The notes beneath the pieces are model-generated. The model was not told the origin of the DNA. It was given only the letters and a program-made list of their open reading frames with translations, and ran no database searches. The position numbers and the translations under genes were made by a program. Positions 36,565-52,400 of a DNA stretch of 64,000 bases are shown here, piece after piece (the first letter of the stretch is position 1; every line of letters begins with the position of its first letter). Origin of the DNA: Blasia pusilla (lineage: Eukaryota); NCBI GenBank assembly GCA_050084515.1, contig CM114271.1:19158001-19222000 (forward strand), given 5' to 3'.

Positions 36565-39500
36565 TTTAAATTGTATCAAGAATTGTTGTTTATAATATCT
36601 TTAACGCACTAATTATAATCTTTTGAATGGCAGTTATGTGTATCAATCTACAATCATAATAAAGAAAGAGATTTTTACCTAGAAAAAAGTTATAGGCGCT
36701 TTGATTAGAGACAAAAGAGTGTCTTTCAATTTAAATTCTATAAAGCCAATTTTTCGGGCTTATGGATGAACTTTAGAGTATCGTCTATGCAAGGGGTGTA
36801 CAAAATAAGATTGAATATGAAACTTGCAAGGAAGGAGAGCGCAATTTTGCGCGGAATGTTAGGGTCTAGTATTATTGCTAGTAACACATGCTTGGTGATG
36901 CACCTATTTGACACCGATAGCAAAGAAAACTATCATCTCGGTGTTACCCAATCCAAAAGTCGTCTTGCCGATATTCAAGCAATAATGTTAAGAGGTCCAA
37001 AATCATTTGATATTAAAAATATAGATACTTTTTCATAAAATGATTATTTGGGTAGCTTTGAGGTTCGTACTCCCAATTTTTTGTTAGCAATAATGGTACA
37101 AGTTAACAATAAGGTAGCAAGAATTGGGTCTAGGAAAGAGACAACAAGTGCTCGTCTAGCAAAGGTTATAGACTCCGCTATAGAGTTTAGGTCAACTATC
37201 ATTATCCAAGAGAACAAAGTCATTGAGCTTGATGCAAGAGGGACCCAACAACTCATTGAGTTTGTGGAGCCCGTAAACAATAGGTTGTGGGAGGAGCTCA
37301 AGAAGTTTTATAATATTCCAAACTCCACTTTGAAAATTTTCCGAATTCAGGTAAAAAAAAATTAACTCTGCCCTCTTGATATGAAAAAGAGGGAGCTTTA
37401 TCAAGAGAGAGTGAATGCTTTGTTGCATAATCTCTCGGGGACTCAGATTAAGGGAGGTGGGCAAGGATCGGCCCGCACATAGCCCTCTTCGGCCCGCCCT
37501 AAGCCCACATTGGCCCGTGGCAAGCCCAGAGTAGGACTATAGGATGGGCTTAAGGCCCACAGAGGGACCTTAGCCAATCCCGAGGGCCTTATGCGAGCCT
37601 GTCGCAAGCCGGTGCGGGCTACAGAAGAGGCAACGGATTCTTAGACTAGGTTTGGGCTTTGCGGGCAAAGTGGGCTCATGTGCAAGTTGCGGGTACCCAG
37701 GCCTGTACGAACATATCGATTCTAGGGACACACATAAGTCCATGGACATGGACATATCTGCAAACATAAACTTTGTCAGTCTACAACCTTACTACAAACC
37801 ATGAAGAAGACACTCAACTATCATTACTGTTGGATCTTCTTTAGCCGCCATTAGAGGAAAATTTTTGGAGGAATATACTCAAGAAATTGAAGTTGGAAAT
37901 GTCTATTTTGAAGATCTTCAAAAAGAATGGTGCAAATGTTTTTTTAGAATCAACGAGAGATCTTAAGTCATCATTTGCAACTAGGAATGTGGCCTAACTT
38001 GTGGGAATGATGTTCAAATTTTATTCATGTCCATGAGAGTATTTCAATCCAAAACATGTCAAGCCCAACAATGTTGGATGATGAAACATTAAAAAGAGTG
38101 GTGGGACCTTTTTGACCAATGGATACTAATCCTTGAAGAAAAAGAGTTGAAAATTTGGGTGATATCTCTGACTTCAAAGAATCTATAGTCATTGCAGTGG
38201 TAGCTAAAGAAGATCTTGTAGGTAAAGTATTTTGGTTGGGGAGAGTAGATAAAATTCTTTCTAAGGTTAATGAAATCTCGAAGAACATTTCCATAACTTG
38301 GTTCAATGTGATAGAAGATGCAATGACATGTTCTTATTTTTTGGAATTCATGAGTAGGAAGGAATAGGAATAAGTTAGATGTAGCACAAAAAAATTTTCA
38401 TTTAATCTTTTCCTCAAGGCAAAAAATGCCATAAAGAAATCAATAGTTAAATTTATGAGAATGATTAATTAAATTATAAATTTTTTTGATCTAGAGGAAA
38501 GAATAAAAGTACTATTGGCATTTTATCCTATGATTGATTAGATTTGCATATAAGGTGGGTGGATACTTGGCCACTCATGATGTTTTATCCTACGAATGAT
38601 CATATTTTGGCAACAACCAATCAGATTTTTTACTTGCTCCTTATGCACAAGACCGATCACTTTACCACTTAAGGAACAAATCTTCTATTCCAAGTACAAT
38701 CACAAGAGACATGACAAGTTGAAAATTTTCACATTTTCTTGACAAATGGAAAATTTACAAGTCTAACCTAAGATCATGTCAATATTAGTTTCTTTTTCTT
38801 CCTCCATGTCCTACTCTTCAATAGGATATTCTTCCTTTTCTTCCTCTAAGTCAACTAAAAAAATCTCATTATGAACAAATTCAATTGGCTCACCAATCCC
38901 TATAGGAGGCATCATTTATTGATTCATGATTAGAGGGTCCAACAAAAGAGTGCCTACATCCCACTTCATCCTCAAACTTAACTACCATTGTTGTGATTCA
39001 GTGTTGGATGAAAAGAACATTTCATTGACTCATCTGTGCCACACAACAATGTCTACCTTGATTCAATGAGTTGACAATAGTTATACTAGTGCCTTAATGT
39101 AGATCCATTACTGAATCGCCTACATGTGACAAATATGAAATAAAACATATCGTAGCCTTGACTAACTTCTGATATGGATTAACTACAGTATCATCTATAG
39201 TATTGACGATTTCTACATACGCTATATTTGATCTACTCTCGGATGCTTCAAAGACATAGAGGTCTCTAGTTATTTTTCCACAAACATGATGGTATCCAAT
39301 GGTCTGCATCTCAAAAGAAAATACCAACCGTTTCCCAAGAAATTTGGCTTTCTATATCTTGCTTCATCCAAAAGAAAAATAAAAAATCTCCAGATCTTGC
39401 TCCTTGTACTCCCCTTAACACTCTCTATCATCTAAAAAATAACTTCCTCTAAAAATGGAACATCATCATTTTGTGCCAAAACATATTAAATTTCACTATG

Positions 39501-42500
39501 TTTGTGCGCAACGTAATTGTTGGTTTTGAGCATTGTGCTAATTAATATTTGGAAAATTTGTTGCAACTACTTTCTTCTCACCGCTACTCGTGGCTTTCAA
39601 AACATACTTTGAGAGCCTCTGAAATTTGGATCCTAGTTGGTATCTCATTATCACCCTCTACCTCCTTCTTTCCATTGCTCTTGCTAAGTAGACCTTTTTG
39701 GCACGTTTTGATCTTCCCAAAGAAAACAAGAGAGTAGAGGTTAAACTCTATTCCTTCTGGATTTATCTTAATGCAATCTTAATCTTGACATTTGCAAGCA
39801 TAAATCCTGAATTAAGTCTTAAAGAATCACTCCGTTGCGCTTTCTGAACGTAGCCAAGAAGCCGCCAAGTACTCATCAGGTTTGAGTCTCCTTAAGTATG
39901 TACAATCTCCCTAGGAAGCCTCTTTCCCTAACCTTGAACAAACACTCCAATTTTCCTTAAGGAAATGATCAAAGCTCTAAATGAAATCGAATGGTTCCTT
40001 TGCTAAAACCTAAAACATGGCCAAACGCTCATCATAGTTAATCCCTTGCTCATCAACTTAAGTGAGTAGGGAGGGAGATTTCTCGCTCCTCCCTAAAGGT
40101 AGTTCTAGGGTTCTCCATGGGAACCTCACCTTCCCCATTATCCACCCTGGGCCTTTGGTTTTGGCCCCCAACCCAATGTGGTTTATGACTTGCACACTTG
40201 CGTTTGATTAGTTACCCTCTAAGGTGGCTAAGATGGCTTGGCAAAGTCTTCCTACAGATTTCTCAATACCAAACATCCCGAATGCATCTTGGAGCTTGGA
40301 CCCACATTGGATGCCCATGTTGACTGCCAAAATTTGGCATCTCACGGTTGTCTTTATATCTTTTGCATTTAGTGACTATTCTCATGGCATCTCTCCTATC
40401 TTGGCTATTCATGTGTTTCTTACTTCTTGATCTTGACTTGGGGCTTGGCTCAAGGGTCCCTCCCCTTGCTTTCCTTGCGCTTATCCCCACATCTAGCTAC
40501 ACCCTTTCTTCCCTAAGGCTAGTCTTATAAATGCGCACCCGTCTCGCCTAGCATAAGTCCCGTTGTGGTTTCTAGTCTCGCAATTATCTAGCCTATGTTA
40601 TGACTTTGGTAGGTCATACCAAGGTCTTTCCTCTTTGGACCCGTAATCATGACTCGCTTCCAGGGCCCCACTAGCACGAACGCCAAAGACTTAGATAGTC
40701 GTGACAACATGTGGCCGATCACTTCCTCTCGAAATATAATTGGTCGGACGACTCAGAGATGTTATGCGATGGATCACAATGGGCCCATCACTTCCGTTCT
40801 CAAGAGAAAGTGATGGGCCACATAAGAAGTAGGAAACTAATTATATTTGAGAGTGAAGCTCCTCCATGTGCAATTGGTTGCATGACGTTACATGCAATCT
40901 TTATGAATCATTTGCATCAACACAAATAAAAAAACATTAAAAATAAGAATAAGGAAAATAAAAATGTAGAAGCAACGTTAAAGAGAACAATTATCTGATC
41001 CCTTAGCACTGGAATGAAAGGCTCCAACATATCCACCTTTGTCTTCTCAAAGTTTATCTCCTTGCAAGTATCTCAATCATCGATTAAAGAAATCTTCATG
41101 AAAAGTTGATAAATTTTCATAAGATTTTGCATGTTCTCTACGTCAATGGCTCTTTGATGATTAAGTTTTTTTTTTATCAAAACTCTTGTCAAAATCTTCA
41201 CAAGGATTGTATCATCTTTTATTCCTTGAAGTGCACACGAATGATTCAACTTCATATCTTCTGCAAGCTTGTTCAGTTTTCATTGCCTTCTTCCCCTTCT
41301 TTGGTGTGCTCTCTACAAGAAATTTAACTTTATTTTAAAGACTGAACTTCAAACATTATTGTAAAAGATCGACATGATATTTTTTTTGGCAAAAGAAGTA
41401 AACCAGAAAAATACAAGTAGATCATGCATAAATACAATCTATCATAGACTCGTGGGACCATTTCTGAAAACTTGCTTTTAGAGATATGAAAAATCCTAGA
41501 GGGCTCTAATTTCAAACTCACAAAACTTCCTAACTTGTGTTAGGACTTTACTCAACGTCAGATGCGGGAAATTCCAAGCATCAACTTAGATGGTTGAGCA
41601 ACGACGGATGTTCAATATGGTCACCTCAACTGCCAGCATAAAATTACTGGTAAATCACTTTTACATGTTATTATTCCATATTGACCTAGTTTCCATAGAG
41701 ACAAAGAAAGAGTAAAAAGCACAACTTCTGAGGAAATTCAACTAAAACTATAGGTTGTGGGATATGTTCCATATAATCCAATTTTTGACTCCTCAAAATG
41801 GCATCAAGTGCATGCAAAATTTGTACTTTCTTAAATTTGTCTTTCCTAAATATATATATATATTGGCTTCTTTCATTTTCTCACTAGCTACAAAATATGA
41901 TGTTAAGTAATCATGCAACCAATCACATCACAATGTTGCTAGTGAAAGTCATTAGTTGTATGACCATGGTGTGGTCATACAACCAATAACTTTCCACCCA
42001 AAGCTCATACAAAGACATTACTCTTATACTAACTTAATTTGCCATGTAATGGATCACCTTACATCATCATTCAATAGAGAGTGAATTTCAAATCACCACA
42101 ATGGTCATACGATCGATCTTTTCCTCCTGACACTTCTATAAAGAAATCAATTACAAGACAAATTTTGCATAAAGCCAATCACTTTACGCGAGAGGAAGAA
42201 CAAAAGGGATCAATTGTAGGAACAACAAACTGATCACAATAAGTGGAAAAATATATCACATCAAATCGTATGAAAAATAAATACACCTTGCACGAAATTA
42301 TGAGTTTCATTGAATTAATCTTGGTGAACTTATGAATTTTGCATAAACCACCAAATCTATATTATTCTTTCAAAAGGTTTAGATATTCCAAAAAAAATCA
42401 TAATCATTTAAAATAATAATTTATTTTATATTTTATAAATGGTAGGGTTTAAAAAAATCCATGTATTCTTTGTTCATCTATATAGGCTATCAACTCCTAT

Positions 42501-45500
42501 CACTTATTTTCTAAGAGAATTTTAATCATAAATATGAATTTTAGAAAAATTAGATATCCACTAAATGTATGTAAATCCCACCACTTGAAGGAGGGTGAGG
42601 AGCTTCTAAGAGTGCTAGTGTATATGCACTTGTAACTTCTGAAAAAGGAGATCCTAAAGAGATAGGAGAAAACTCACCATCTTGCCCCAAAAGTAGACTA
42701 TATCTAAGGCATTTTATTTTGAAGGCCTTCCATGATTGGCAGGTTGAGGGGATGAGCTGCTAGTCATATCTCTACTCAAAGTAAATGCTCGTTTTGAAGA
42801 TGCCCCCAATCATTGATTCGTAATAGTGGGATTGAAAATACTAGGAGGTTTTGTGATGATTCGTCTTATCCCTCTTAGAAGGAGAAGGGATAAGGAGATG
42901 AGATATGCAAGGATGGCAAAGTAGTATGATTTACTAGTAATGGATCGTGATTATGACTAATGAGAATAAATGGAGAGTGGATAAGAGGAGGCTATGGAAA
43001 AAATCTAGTCTAATGGGTATGTGTGTGAATATCAACAAGAAAATGGCAGAATCTTCGATGAGGCTGGAGACGATCCGAGGGAAGAGGTTATGATCAAAGG
43101 AGGGGGTGTAAAACCGGATGAGTGAGGAGATGGATTGTCTAATTTTGTGTCCATTGAACTAGATTTATAAAGACATCTCATTTAAGACAAGTAGGAACAC
43201 AATGAATCGTGATAAAGTGGAAGTATTAAGATAAGAGCCATAATAAGAGGAGTGTGATCCATCCAAACCAGATTCAGAATGGGGAGAGTTACAATTAGAT
43301 AAAGGAAAATTAATCAAAGATTGATAATCCCTCCAAGAAGAATAAAGGAAATTATACTTCAGATAAGGGAAGAGATGGTTATGTTAAGACCATCTTGAGG
43401 AAAGAAAAAAGGAACCTTTTATCCAATTGCAACCTAAAGTTCCACCATAATGAACATATTAAGGACACTATGCATGAAATTATGTCCAGAGATTTATGAA
43501 TGTATTCATGAAAGAAGGAGGTCTAAAGATCCCAATAACTTTGGGAGACATAAGTGTGAAAAATATTGACCAAAACTCACTACACTCTCCCATGGATTCT
43601 GCATAGTTAGGTTAAATGTTTAGGAAGGCGAAAAAAGACCAAAAGAGAATCTTAAATGGATTTAGGATTCTAGAAATGCCACATGTACTTTGCTTAACTT
43701 TCCGAGGTAAATCTTAATAGACCACCCGCTTTTCTTTTTTTATTTCTACTCAAATCCTAACCGAGTAAAAAAATGGGAAAAAAAATATTTAATTTGGAAG
43801 TGAATAATATTCCATTTTGAATCGGCATCCTCAAACCCCATCCTAAGACGGCTTACTCATAAGGTTGCTGGACCCCTAATATATGTGTCGAATAGCGGGC
43901 CCATCATGCTCACGGCTCCGCCCGGCCCGGCTCCGTCACCCGGAATAGCTCCGAGACGCTGTCCCGTTCGATCCACAAAAGCGAAGCACAGTCATCGGTC
44001 CGATCGGAGGGTGCAGCATCACTGCAGGCAGTCTCACTTTATGGGGCACCTATCGTGACATCATCTGTAGCGTTTTAGGGTTGGGGCCTTTTCATCCATA
44101 CGCGAGCGAGAAAGCGTGCGCTCGCTTTATCGGGGGTCCCGATCGGACCTCCACGGCCGCCGCTGCGCGCGCGATCGATACGATAGGCGCAGCAGCACAC
44201 TGGAGGGAGTAATGGCGATCGGAATTCTCCTCTGCCCTAACCCTAGGAGCCCACCCGAAGAGAATGTTGGCCCTGAATCGACCCAGGTGTCGTTTCCCCA
44301 TTTGAATCCAGGGGACAAGGACTACACGGACCGCGCGGAATATTTCGCGGCTGAGTTTAATTATTAATTCATTCAAAGCGAGTATAATTCATAATTCATC
44401 TCTATTATTTATGGGGCGTGTCTCTTCGTTTTGCAACCTTTTGAAGAACGATCCATGAATTTTCAGTTCATGGGATCAATGGTTTTCTAAGTCAATTATA
44501 TTGTTCATTTTCTTGATTAATAGGATAGTTCGACATTAATTTGAAAGACATTCAAGATTTTTGAGAACTAAGTAGCATTTTAAGAGTTGATTTAAATTCG
44601 TGTATGGCACGAATATAAATCAATTATTTTTATTTTTATAATATTTTTATTCAAGATAAAAATATTATATATTGTAAATTAAAATTTTCATTACTTTTAT
44701 CTACATCTATTTATATAATTATTGGCGATCGCATATGCATAATACGACAAAGATAATGAAACAATAAGATAAAATAGGTAATATCTTTGAATTTTTTTTT
44801 AACCCCATTAAATGAGTAGAAATAAAATAAAAAAATGAATAGGGATTTAAATGGAATATATTTAAATTAATTAATAATTAATTTAATATCATAATAAGTG
44901 ATTATTTGTATAAATTTTTTTAATAATTATGATAAATAACCAAAAATTTAGAATTTTTATCTCAATTCATATTTTATGGTTACAAGAAAAAAAATTTAAT
45001 GGAAAAGTAGATTTTGTTTAAATTTTACGAAAATATAAAATTACTTAGTGTATTCGGATATCCTTTAAATTTGAATGGAGTATTGTTATTACTAAGAACA
45101 CTGAAATGTTATTGTTCTTTTAAGATTTTAGAAAATAAAATTCATATTTAAAATTTAAATTAAATAATATGATTATTTTTTGAGAAAATTTTATTAATTG
45201 GCATGTAATATTTTTGGGAAAAGTGAATGAATTTGAATGGGAAAGGAAATAATTTTTTCAATTAAAATTAGTTAAGATTTTGGTTAGTGAATATAATTTT
45301 GGTGGGAATGGAAGAAAAATAGTTATTGTTTGAGCTTGTATTGAAGAATCAAATTATTTAGGGGAGATGGATGTTACTTGAAGGTGAAATTTTCTTACAC
45401 TTTTAAGATTTCAATAAATAAAAATTATATTTAAATTTTAATATTAAATAAAATTTTAAATTTTTAACATAATTAAAAAAATATCATTGACATAAAAAAA

Positions 45501-48500
45501 TTTTGAATTTATATATAACATAATTAATCCTTTCACTGATGAAAATTCTTAAAAATTTATTTATTTTTCATAAATACTTTTTTATTTTCCATGGAATGCA
45601 CGGATACTTACTAGTTAATTCGTAATTAATAACACGGTATTCCAATTTGCGAAATTCTTGTGGGCACAATAAATGTTTCACTGCCGAGCAGCCTTCATAA
45701 ATGTGCGGGGATCGATCGGAGGCCGTTCGCTCGCTCATCGATGGACCCGTGTCGGGCGACTGGGGAGGCGTTTAGGGGTTCGACTTTGGGGTTGGGGAGC
45801 GCCGGGAAACTGGAAACAGCTCCGGCGCGAAGCGAATTCCGCAAGACGGTTTCGGCGACGTGGAAAGCGCGAAATCGGATTTTTTCACTGTACATGGGAT
45901 GGATCTTTCCTTACGGACGAAGGGATGGAAGGATTCTGCATCGGTCCTTGTGGCGGTTGGTCGACTTCGTCAACTGTCGTGTCGATGCATGCACCGACTC
46001 ACCCTAAGTTCCTCCATCCGTCCATCGGTTGTCAATCATACAAGGGAACAACAGTGTGAGCGGGCTCCCATCCACTCGATGGAAAAGTCCCCACAAGAGA
46101 AACGGTCATCCGATGCAGCGGTCGGCAGAAGCGGAGGGCGGTGTCTCCCACTCAACCCATTCGACGTCCATTTCCGAAACCGGCAGTAATGCTTTCGCTT
46201 ATTATAGCCGCCTAGCTGCTTAATTCGGAGAAAGATGCACTTCCTTAAAAACGAGTGATGGAAAACCCATCGGAAGTACAAAAGAGGGGGACTCAAAGAG
46301 TCAAAACCTGAAGGCCACAACACTACCAGAAAAGGAAGAAGGGGGCATTCCCCCCCCTAACGACGAAACTCACCAACAGCAGAGACAATATCAGCAACAA
46401 CAAGAGAGCTATGACTACTACAGAGAGGAGAGGGAATTCGGAGAGGGAAACATTCCACCTTGGCCAGCTCCATCGGGACCGTTTCCCCAGGTGCGAATAA
46501 CTTCCTCCATTGTGCTTCTAACGAGTCCATTGTGCTTCTAACGAGTCTGAATCGAAAAACACTTTGGATCGAGTGGCTGTGAGAGCTCACGAGTGCACTG
46601 CATGTCTATGAGGGGACAAATCTATTAGTGTACTCTATTAGGGACTATCTATATATATTTTTGTTTTTATATATGTATATATATTTATTTATTTATTAGC
46701 ATACCCGTGAGATGTTATTATTTAAATAATTTTGAAATTTCATTTTTAAGATTTTACAAGTTTCATTTAAAATAAATTTTGAGAAATACAAGTGTGCATA
46801 GAATGAACAATCTTATTGCCAAATGGTTAAAAGAGTAAAACGAGAGAAATTTGTAAAATGAAGTGGCATTCTCCAATGAGAATATAAATATCAAAAAATG
46901 GTTCAAATAGGCTGTCATAGGCCTCCTAATATGTATTAACTTGTTCAGGCTAGAGGTGGAATGGGGAGCTCTAGCTCTGGTTTTAAGCTCTAGTAAGGCG
47001 AGGGGCACCAAAGTCTGATTAGTGGGTTTTAGAGAATGAATGAACGTTGCAGTTGTGGCGAGTGATGAACGAAAGAGGAATGTTGTTTGAGATGTTATGT
47101 GGAAGGGATATGCGTCTTCAACACTACGAGGGAAAATCAAGCCATTTTGAGAATTGGGGTTTTAGTTTCATATGAGATCATTGTGGTGAGAACCATTTTA
47201 AGTTGTGAAGCAATGTTGCCAAAGGTTGGAACGATCCCTCCTCCTTGAACTCTACCTAGTCCCAACTAATGGACCTCTAGCATGACATTAAGATGGATTT
47301 CAGTAAATTCCATACCTCCTTTGAGTCTCTCATGGTGTGGATGTGGCATATAAAGCATAGAATTTAGTATTAGTTCTGAAAAATATATATAATTGCCCTT
47401 CATAGTCTTGCAACTAGCTAGTCAAGTTTCGACTTCGATGGATCACACAAAGGTCTCTCCCTCTTGGGTATGCAATCATGACTTGCTTCTTGGGTCCCTA
47501 ATATTGTGGACTCTATAGACTTAGCTATTTGTGGTGATCCTTGTGAAGCCTCCTCATTTTCCACCTTTGCATTCATCATTTTTGGGCTCTAATGCTTCTT
47601 TTGAGTCATTTCTAAATGGAGGAAATGGCAGAGAGCTATCAATTTTATTTTGTCTAAGTGATTTTTTTTTTTCATTTTCTACCTATGGCGAGTGGGACAA
47701 GACGGGAAACCAATCAAAACTGGAGGAGGGAATTGGAGGTTTATCCCTCATCCTAGGGAGAAGGACTCACCCAACTCACTAAGCCAATATCCTTACTATA
47801 GAATCTCATGTGACAATGGGATTATTAACAATGTTCTTGAGATTCCTTTTTAAGTAGTGACATGCACCACATCTACTTGGCCACATGTAGAAGTAGAGGT
47901 AGTGGAGCCATATGCTTCTACAGTAAGTACACATCTATCTAGATGATTATATGGAACACTATATATGTGCTTGCCAAACCACATGAGACGAGTTGTTAGT
48001 TCTATAAACTCCGAATTTTATATGCCATCACTTTGGATAAGTATGTTGTCATTCAACTTTTGACCTCATTTTTCTAAGATGGAATGTTGTTATCTTGTCA
48101 AATTATGAATGCTTTGAACTTTCATGGATACTAATTATTTTTTCAACTACAAAATATATTTACAAGTACTTTTTGAGTCCCCTTGTGATTGCATAGTCAT
48201 AGTTTATTGCAATCATGCATTGCCAAGTATTTGGAGATAGAAATAACTCTCTAAAAATATTGGGAGGCAAAAGTTGGTGTGGGAATAAAAAATGCGCAAA
48301 AATATTCCCGCGAGACAAGTTTGTCAAGGATGGACATGAAAATTATTCTTTTGCAACCTTGATTCAGGGACGGCATGAGATACTATAGCTCATGACTAGA
48401 CTAGACTATGTATTTGGACAATAAGAAGCTAGATAAGAAGATCAAAGAATGTTCTTTACAATGGCTTTGGCATATAAGATATTGCCAAAGCATCCATGTC

Positions 48501-49835
48501 ATTGACAAAACATCCTATTGATTCTTTCATCCAAACAAGTAATTATCAAAATATCTCCAAATGGTTTTAAATTATTCCAATTAACATATTTGAAAAATAT
48601 ATATTCTTCAATTTTTTTTTCTTCCACTAGTTAATTAGTGGGTTTTTTTTCACTTTCAATTAGTACCTTAAGCAACCCAATGTTTTTTTTACCTTAGACG
48701 GATGTAAGAAAAAATTCCTGATCATTCTAATGTACTAGAGGTTGAAATTATCTCATATAACTAACTCTCCAAATTTTCAAGTGTTATTTAAAATCATTTT
48801 TGAACCATCTTATTGGTTTAGAAAATTAAAAATCCTGTTAGCTGAAAGGATGATTAAAACTGCCGAGAGGAGAGGAATTGGCAAATTGACTTAGCACTCT
48901 CCAACTTTGTGTAAATAAAAAGAAACGGGGCGATCGGAAATAGTGGTAGAATGGATTCTAGAAAAGGAGCCTTTCAAAACTAAGACTATGGAATCCCGAA
49001 TAGAGGGAAAAAGACCTCTAGAGAGAACGTCGATATCGAAACGTAGCTTGTGACGAGATATATGTAGCATATGCAAACGTGAGTACCGATCGAATGAGGA
49101 CCTCTAGAAACGATGTCGATGTTTGAAATCTCACTCGCGAAGACGCGTGTCGTAATTAGAATCGACTGATTTCGTGTCGTGTTGCGAGTCGAAGAGGTGG
49201 TAATAGCTGGCTGGCCCCAATATAATCAATCGATCTTGGCCAGTTGGTGGCGCATAGCGAGCTTGGCGGGATCCACATGATAAGATTACCAGGACCCAGA
49301 TTATATGTGTAGGGCTCAGCTACCCTTCGGGCCTCGGAAACCTCCGAGATCTTCCAAGCTGCTTCGATCGATGCAGCTTCGAGGGTTTCGAAGAGGATCG
49401 CATCTTTTGGATTGTGAGATTCTCAGCTTAATAACACAGCTAATAACACTGGGTCGCTCAAAACAATCCGAGAGTCAGCCTGCTCTTGGGATTGGGGCTA
49501 ATCGAACGAGGCAGATCGAAAGGAATTAAACCGCTCGGTTCCTCCTGGGGGTTCGATGTGCAGGGAGAGGCCCAGACCGGGTGGTCCCAGGCAGGGCTCG
49601 GACAGTTATTTTTAGTATATCAGTTTTTTACCGGGACTATTTGAATCATTTAGGTTTTCTGAAATATGCCCCAGCCAACCCCCAAGATTTTTTCCCTTCT
49701 CAGGCTATTTCTTGCATGTAATTTGAATCACCAATTTTTTTATGGGCTTGGAAATGGCATGCCAGTTTTTTGCTGTCAGATTTTCTACCTTTCAGTTTAG
49801 TTCTGGTTATTATGAAAGTCCCCGGTAGCCTTATG

Positions 49836-50017
49836 AGCTCACCTCCTCATTTTCTTACCTCTGGCTGGAGTTGAACCAGAATTCCCCCTCCCAATTGGAG
49901 GCCAGAGGTGCTAAGAACCCTTCTTAGCCTTCTCAGCTCACCTCCTCATTACCTCTGGCTGGAGTTGAACCAGAATTCCCCCTACCAATTGGGGGCCAGA
50001 GGTGCTAAGAACCCTTC
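49836..50017. repeat. Two ~85-bp direct repeats inside the hAT end
   Basis: agctcacctcctcat..acctctggctggagttgaaccagaattccccct..ggccagaggtgctaagaacccttc occurs twice. Each unit has an internal inverted pair cctctggc/gccagagg. Confidence 0.85.
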
Positions 50018-50123
50018 CTACAAGGAGTATTCATAAAATGAACTTTCTTTGTAGGAGGGGTTTGACTACAAAAATAAATAACTAGTAAAAGCATTTGCAA
50101 AATGAAATGAAGTCATAGAGAAA

Positions 50124-52400
50124 CTAGGATGAAAGGTCAGGGTTAAGCTCACCTTCCTCAGCAGCTTCAAGTACAACGGGAGGAACAATGTACAACTCTG
50201 GATTAGCATATACAAATTTGTATTCCTTTGACTGTTTCCATGTGTCCATAGCAGAAATGAGGACCTTATCCACATCAAAATTCTCATTTGGACCCTCCAT
50301 ATTAACCATCAGCAAAGCTTCCAAGTGATAAGAGGTTAAGCTATTTCTTAACCTATTCTTAATGACATTTTGAATGCTAAAAGCTCTCTCACATGATGCT
50401 GTTGATACACATTGGACTCTAGCTATATCACCTAAAATACAGAGATTAGCATACTTAGCCTTCAGGATCGGACTACCACTTACCATACACCATAAGTCCT
50501 TGAAGGACTTCTCCTTCCATTCTGTCATGGCCTGAATCTTGAAGGCCAAGAATTCATTCTTGAGGGCTGCACCATCTAGAATAGGCTTTTTCACCCTGCA
50601 ATGCAAGGTTTTTTCCTGTCCATAGAAAGAGCTCAACATTTCCAAGTCTCTCACACCCCAATCTCTTAAACTAGATATGGTAGAAGGCATTTGGGATGGA
50701 TTGAGGATCTTAAAACCTCCAATGATGTTATTGTCTTCAAACCTTTCTTGCAAAGCTACACATATGGCCTCAAAGCAAAATTCCTCCGAAAAAAAAAAGC
50801 TTCTTCTAAATCCTTTCTGTCACATCCCTATCCATTTGGATTGAATGAAAGAAAGAACCCTTATCTTTGATTGCAAGCGCAGATATCATCACTAGGACCA
50901 TAGTTAGGAAGGAGATGAAAACCGCTAGGCGAGAAATGAGATAGGCATTCATATCTACACTTTCATGTACATAATTCATTCTAACATGTGCTATCTCGGT
51001 CGAACAATAGAAGCAACGCTAGATATATCAACAAACTTCATCCTGGAATAACTTGCTCAACATTGCCATAGAATGAAGGATGTCACCGTAAAGTATAAAA
51101 TGTAAATCATTTTGAAGGACTTTAACCTCTTTAGAAGATGTGACGCTACCCCATCATCTTCCTCGGATTCAGCAGAGAGAAGTAGACCATGACCGATTCT
51201 AAACTATCACATAAAGAGGTAACGGCTTGCCACCTGCTAAGCCATCGACCTTCTCGATCTTGTTTCATGACTTTCCTAGAATCGTGTAGCTCCTCTTGTA
51301 AAGAAGAGAGACAAGACTTCCTCTTAGAACTCTTCTTGAAATAAAATGCAGAATTCAAAATGTTATCAACCTCATCACTAAGTTCCTTGCACCTTGGGCT
51401 CTTTGCTGCTGCAAGAGCAGCTAAGTTTGTCCGGTGTGCCACACAATGGACGTTTGTCATGTAAGGGTTAACATTCCTCTTCAAACGGGCACTTACCCCA
51501 TTCCTACTACCTACCATAGTGTTGGCCCCATCAGACCCAAAACCAACCATCTTCTCAAAATTCAATTCCCATTCCCTAAGTAAGGATACTAAACAATCTG
51601 AAATGGACTCGGCATCCTTGTTCTCAACCTTGATCAATCCTAAGAAGGAGGTGCACACTTGACCTTCATCAAGGTAAGTGACAAAGGCAACGAGGTGTCC
51701 TGTTACTGATATGTCAGTGGATTCATCTACCATTATTCCGTAAAAGGGACTAAGTCTAACCCTAGCTAGAAGCAATCTTTGAATTACCAAACTAATACAT
51801 GTTATCATATGTGCACATGTCTTGTCATCCTGATACATCGATTTTGTGAGCATCATATATCCAGATTTGAGTAATGTACAGAGACCAGGGAATGAGGAAA
51901 ATGCAATATTATACTTAGCCATGAAGTATGCTCCTCGAAAAAGATTAAGCATCGCTAAATCACAGTTTCTATTGGTGCTTGCAATAGCTTTCTGTAGAGT
52001 TTTTCTACCACTATATTGAGCCCAAGCCAGATTTTTTATGTTCCTTGGATTTACCATGGTCTGTGAAGGCAGAAATCTTCACATTGATGGCTCTGGATGT
52101 GGCAAATACAGATTTCCCTCCTGAGTCCTTGCACACTTTACAGAATACCCTCCCCGTGTGAGGCTCAAATTGAATCCATTCAAAAGCTTGATACCAAGAG
52201 TCTTTCCAAAGCCTGTTGTTCTCTTCTATCTTTGAAGAGGCAAGATCTGAAGGAGAATCTATCTCCTCACATGAGTTGGTTTCTACTTGCTGGTTCACTA
52301 ATGATCCTCTTCATAAACCCCATATCAGTAGAAGGGATTTTTGTCTCTTACCCCTACATGCATTGTTGGCTGAAATATCCTCCATAAGGAACTTTGAGAG
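50124..52400 (-). pseudogene. hAT transposase, frameshifted
   Basis: TTF-type Zn finger WYQAFEWI..FCKVCK; catalytic IMVDESTD, FGSDGA, VHCVAHRTNL, RWLSR; dimerisation domain VSTASCERAFS. Split over several frames. Confidence 0.9.

Noticed and set aside
36700-43700. Possible decayed transposase, Gypsy gag and L1 ORF1 fragments (e.g. VFWLGRVDKI at ~38230; gag-like ~39900-40700; knuckle-like ~42800)
   Set aside because: Too degraded; no boundaries or full motifs to support a call.
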